From positions 320,001-384,000 of the forward strand of contig CAWDPO010000017.1 of the NCBI GenBank assembly GCA_963804165.1: 64,000 bases of DNA, written 5' to 3'. The notes beneath the pieces were generated by a model. The model was not told where the DNA came from, made no database searches, and saw only the letters and a program-made list of their open reading frames with translations. The position numbers and the translations under genes were made by a program. This DNA is from an uncultured delta proteobacterium (lineage in GTDB: Bacteria > Desulfobacterota > Binatia > UBA9968). Each line of letters starts with the position of its first letter. Position 1 is the stretch's first letter. Shown here piece by piece: positions 62,608 to 64,000 of this stretch.

Positions 62608-64000
62608 ATGAAGATTCTTGTGGTCGAGGACAACCCGATATCGCGAAAACTCACCCGTTTGGCACTGGAAGCGGAGGGATTCTCCGTGATTGAGGCGGCG
62701 GATGGGCAGACGGCGATCGATTATGTCACTCAGGAAATTCCCGACCTCATTCTCCAGGATATCCTTCTTCCCGACATGGACGGCTTCGAGATTGTTAATC
62801 GATTACACGCTCTGCCAGGCGCGGAGAAAATTCCTATCCTGGCGCTCACTGGCCTCATCTCAGCCGGAGATGAAAAAAAACTGCCGACGGCGCCTTTCGC
62901 GGATTATCTGTTCAAACCGGTAGAACCGTCGTTCTTGATCAGCACGGTGCGGGCGCACCTGGCAGCCAGTCAAACTTCCGAGCACATGCCCGGAGAGGGC
63001 CGGGTTGTCCTTGTCGTAGACGATGATCCGACGCAACTCAAACTCTTAGCCACCTATCTCGCCAATCTCGGTTTCGGTGTCACGACGGCTATTAACGGCG
63101 CCGATGCCATGGTCAAAGCCAAGACGACCCTGCCAGACGCGGTTTTCACTGATGTATTGATGCCCGAAGTAGACGGCTTCGAACTTTGCCGGTTGATTCG
63201 GCAACATGAGCGGCTCGGCAACACTCCGGTGGTGCTGTTGACCAACAATTACGGGGACGAGGCCGATAGACGCCTCGCGGTGGACGTCGGTGCCAACGCA
63301 CTGGTGCACCGCACGCCCGATTGTAAAGAAGCCGTCGAGGTCCTGCTCGCAAGTTTAGATCGTCCGGCGCCGTTACCAGAGCGCAATGACGCTGCGTTTG
63401 AAGCCGAACACAAAGAAAGCTTGTTGCGGCAGCTCAATCGTCAAGCGCGACTGAACGTCGATCTGGCACGCCGTTGCGCGGCGCAGAGCGCCCAGATCTC
63501 GGTGCTCGCAAGCGCGGCGCAAAGCTTTTTGCGATCCGGCGAAAACATTGAAAACCTTCTTTCGGAAATCCTTGCGCATTACCTGGCGGTCATCGGTTTC
63601 TCCCGCGGCGCGGTGTATTTGTTGGACGCCAGCGCACGGCTCAAGTTGTCGGGACAAATTGGATTCTCTCCGGCCAACGAAGCGGTCTTGGCGAATTTCT
63701 TCGGCCACGCGGAATTACTCCAAGAGATCATGGCCCGTGACGAGCCGATCATGATCAGCTCGCCGGCGAGCGACGCGCGATTTCAAGTCTTATTGACTGA
63801 GGCGTCGGTGCGTTCGATCCTTACCGCGCCGTTGGCGTTCGACGGCCGACCGCTCGGTGTAATTGCGCTTTTTTCCGACACTCGTGAGCTCTACCCGGAA
63901 TGGATCCACTTTTCCAATCTCATTCACGGCCAAATCAGCCAAGCCGTCGCGCTCTGGCAAACTATTGCGCAACTGAAATTCTTGGCCGATTACGATCCTC
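62608..64000 (+). CDS. multi-domain response regulator (two REC + GAF-like; probably followed by GGDEF), partial
   Basis: Not in the ORF track (no stop in window). Frame reads MKILVVEDN..QDILLPDMDG..FKP, then VLVVDDD..TDVLMPEVDG, and ends LKFLADYDP at the window edge, resembling the DxLT start of GGDEF domains. Confidence 0.82.
   Translation, partial: MKILVVEDNPISRKLTRLALEAEGFSVIEAADGQTAIDYVTQEIPDLILQDILLPDMDGFEIVNRLHALPGAEKIPILALTGLISAGDEKKLPTAPFADYLFKPVEPSFLISTVRAHLAASQTSEHMPGEGRVVLVVDDDPTQLKLLATYLANLGFGVTTAINGADAMVKAKTTLPDAVFTDVLMPEVDGFELCRLIRQHERLGNTPVVLLTNNYGDEADRRLAVDVGANALVHRTPDCKEAVEVLLASLDRPAPLPERNDAAFEAEHKESLLRQLNRQARLNVDLARRCAAQSAQISVLASAAQSFLRSGENIENLLSEILAHYLAVIGFSRGAVYLLDASARLKLSGQIGFSPANEAVLANFFGHAELLQEIMARDEPIMISSPASDARFQVLLTEASVRSILTAPLAFDGRPLGVIALFSDTRELYPEWIHFSNLIHGQISQAVALWQTIAQLKFLADYDP

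Overview
GC-rich bacterial chromosomal segment dominated by solute-binding proteins and CoA-dependent/aromatic catabolism. The gene content resembles Candidatus Binatia-type 'Deltaproteobacteria' (inference only). Contents: (i) a minus-strand tandem array of at least 12 TctC/Bug tripartite-tricarboxylate-transporter receptors behind a single tctB, plus 2 dispersed tctC; (ii) a beta-oxidation-like cluster (acyl-CoA dehydrogenases, Cys-less thiolase + DUF35, crotonases including an HCHL-like one, acyl-CoA synthetase, fused CoA-transferase III); (iii) two paralogous modules of amidohydrolase(s), a UGSC-motif selenoprotein, a conserved partner protein and NMT1/SsuA-type binding proteins; (iv) housekeeping genes (corA, mgtC, CYTH, rnd); (v) a signalling operon led by an ethylene-receptor-like histidine kinase. 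The ORF track splits both selenoprotein genes at an in-frame TGA, and each TGA is followed 11 nt later by an identical SECIS-like hairpin. A GTTCAA-based palindromic repeat occurs free in intergenic DNA and also, as a constant 89-bp unit, encodes the leader peptides of six TctC paralogues from different subgroups. A low-GC DUF559 gene flanked by inverted REP-like arms sits inside one selenoprotein operon. About ten single-base frameshifts suggest long-read assembly errors. No rRNA, tRNA or CRISPR array was recognised.
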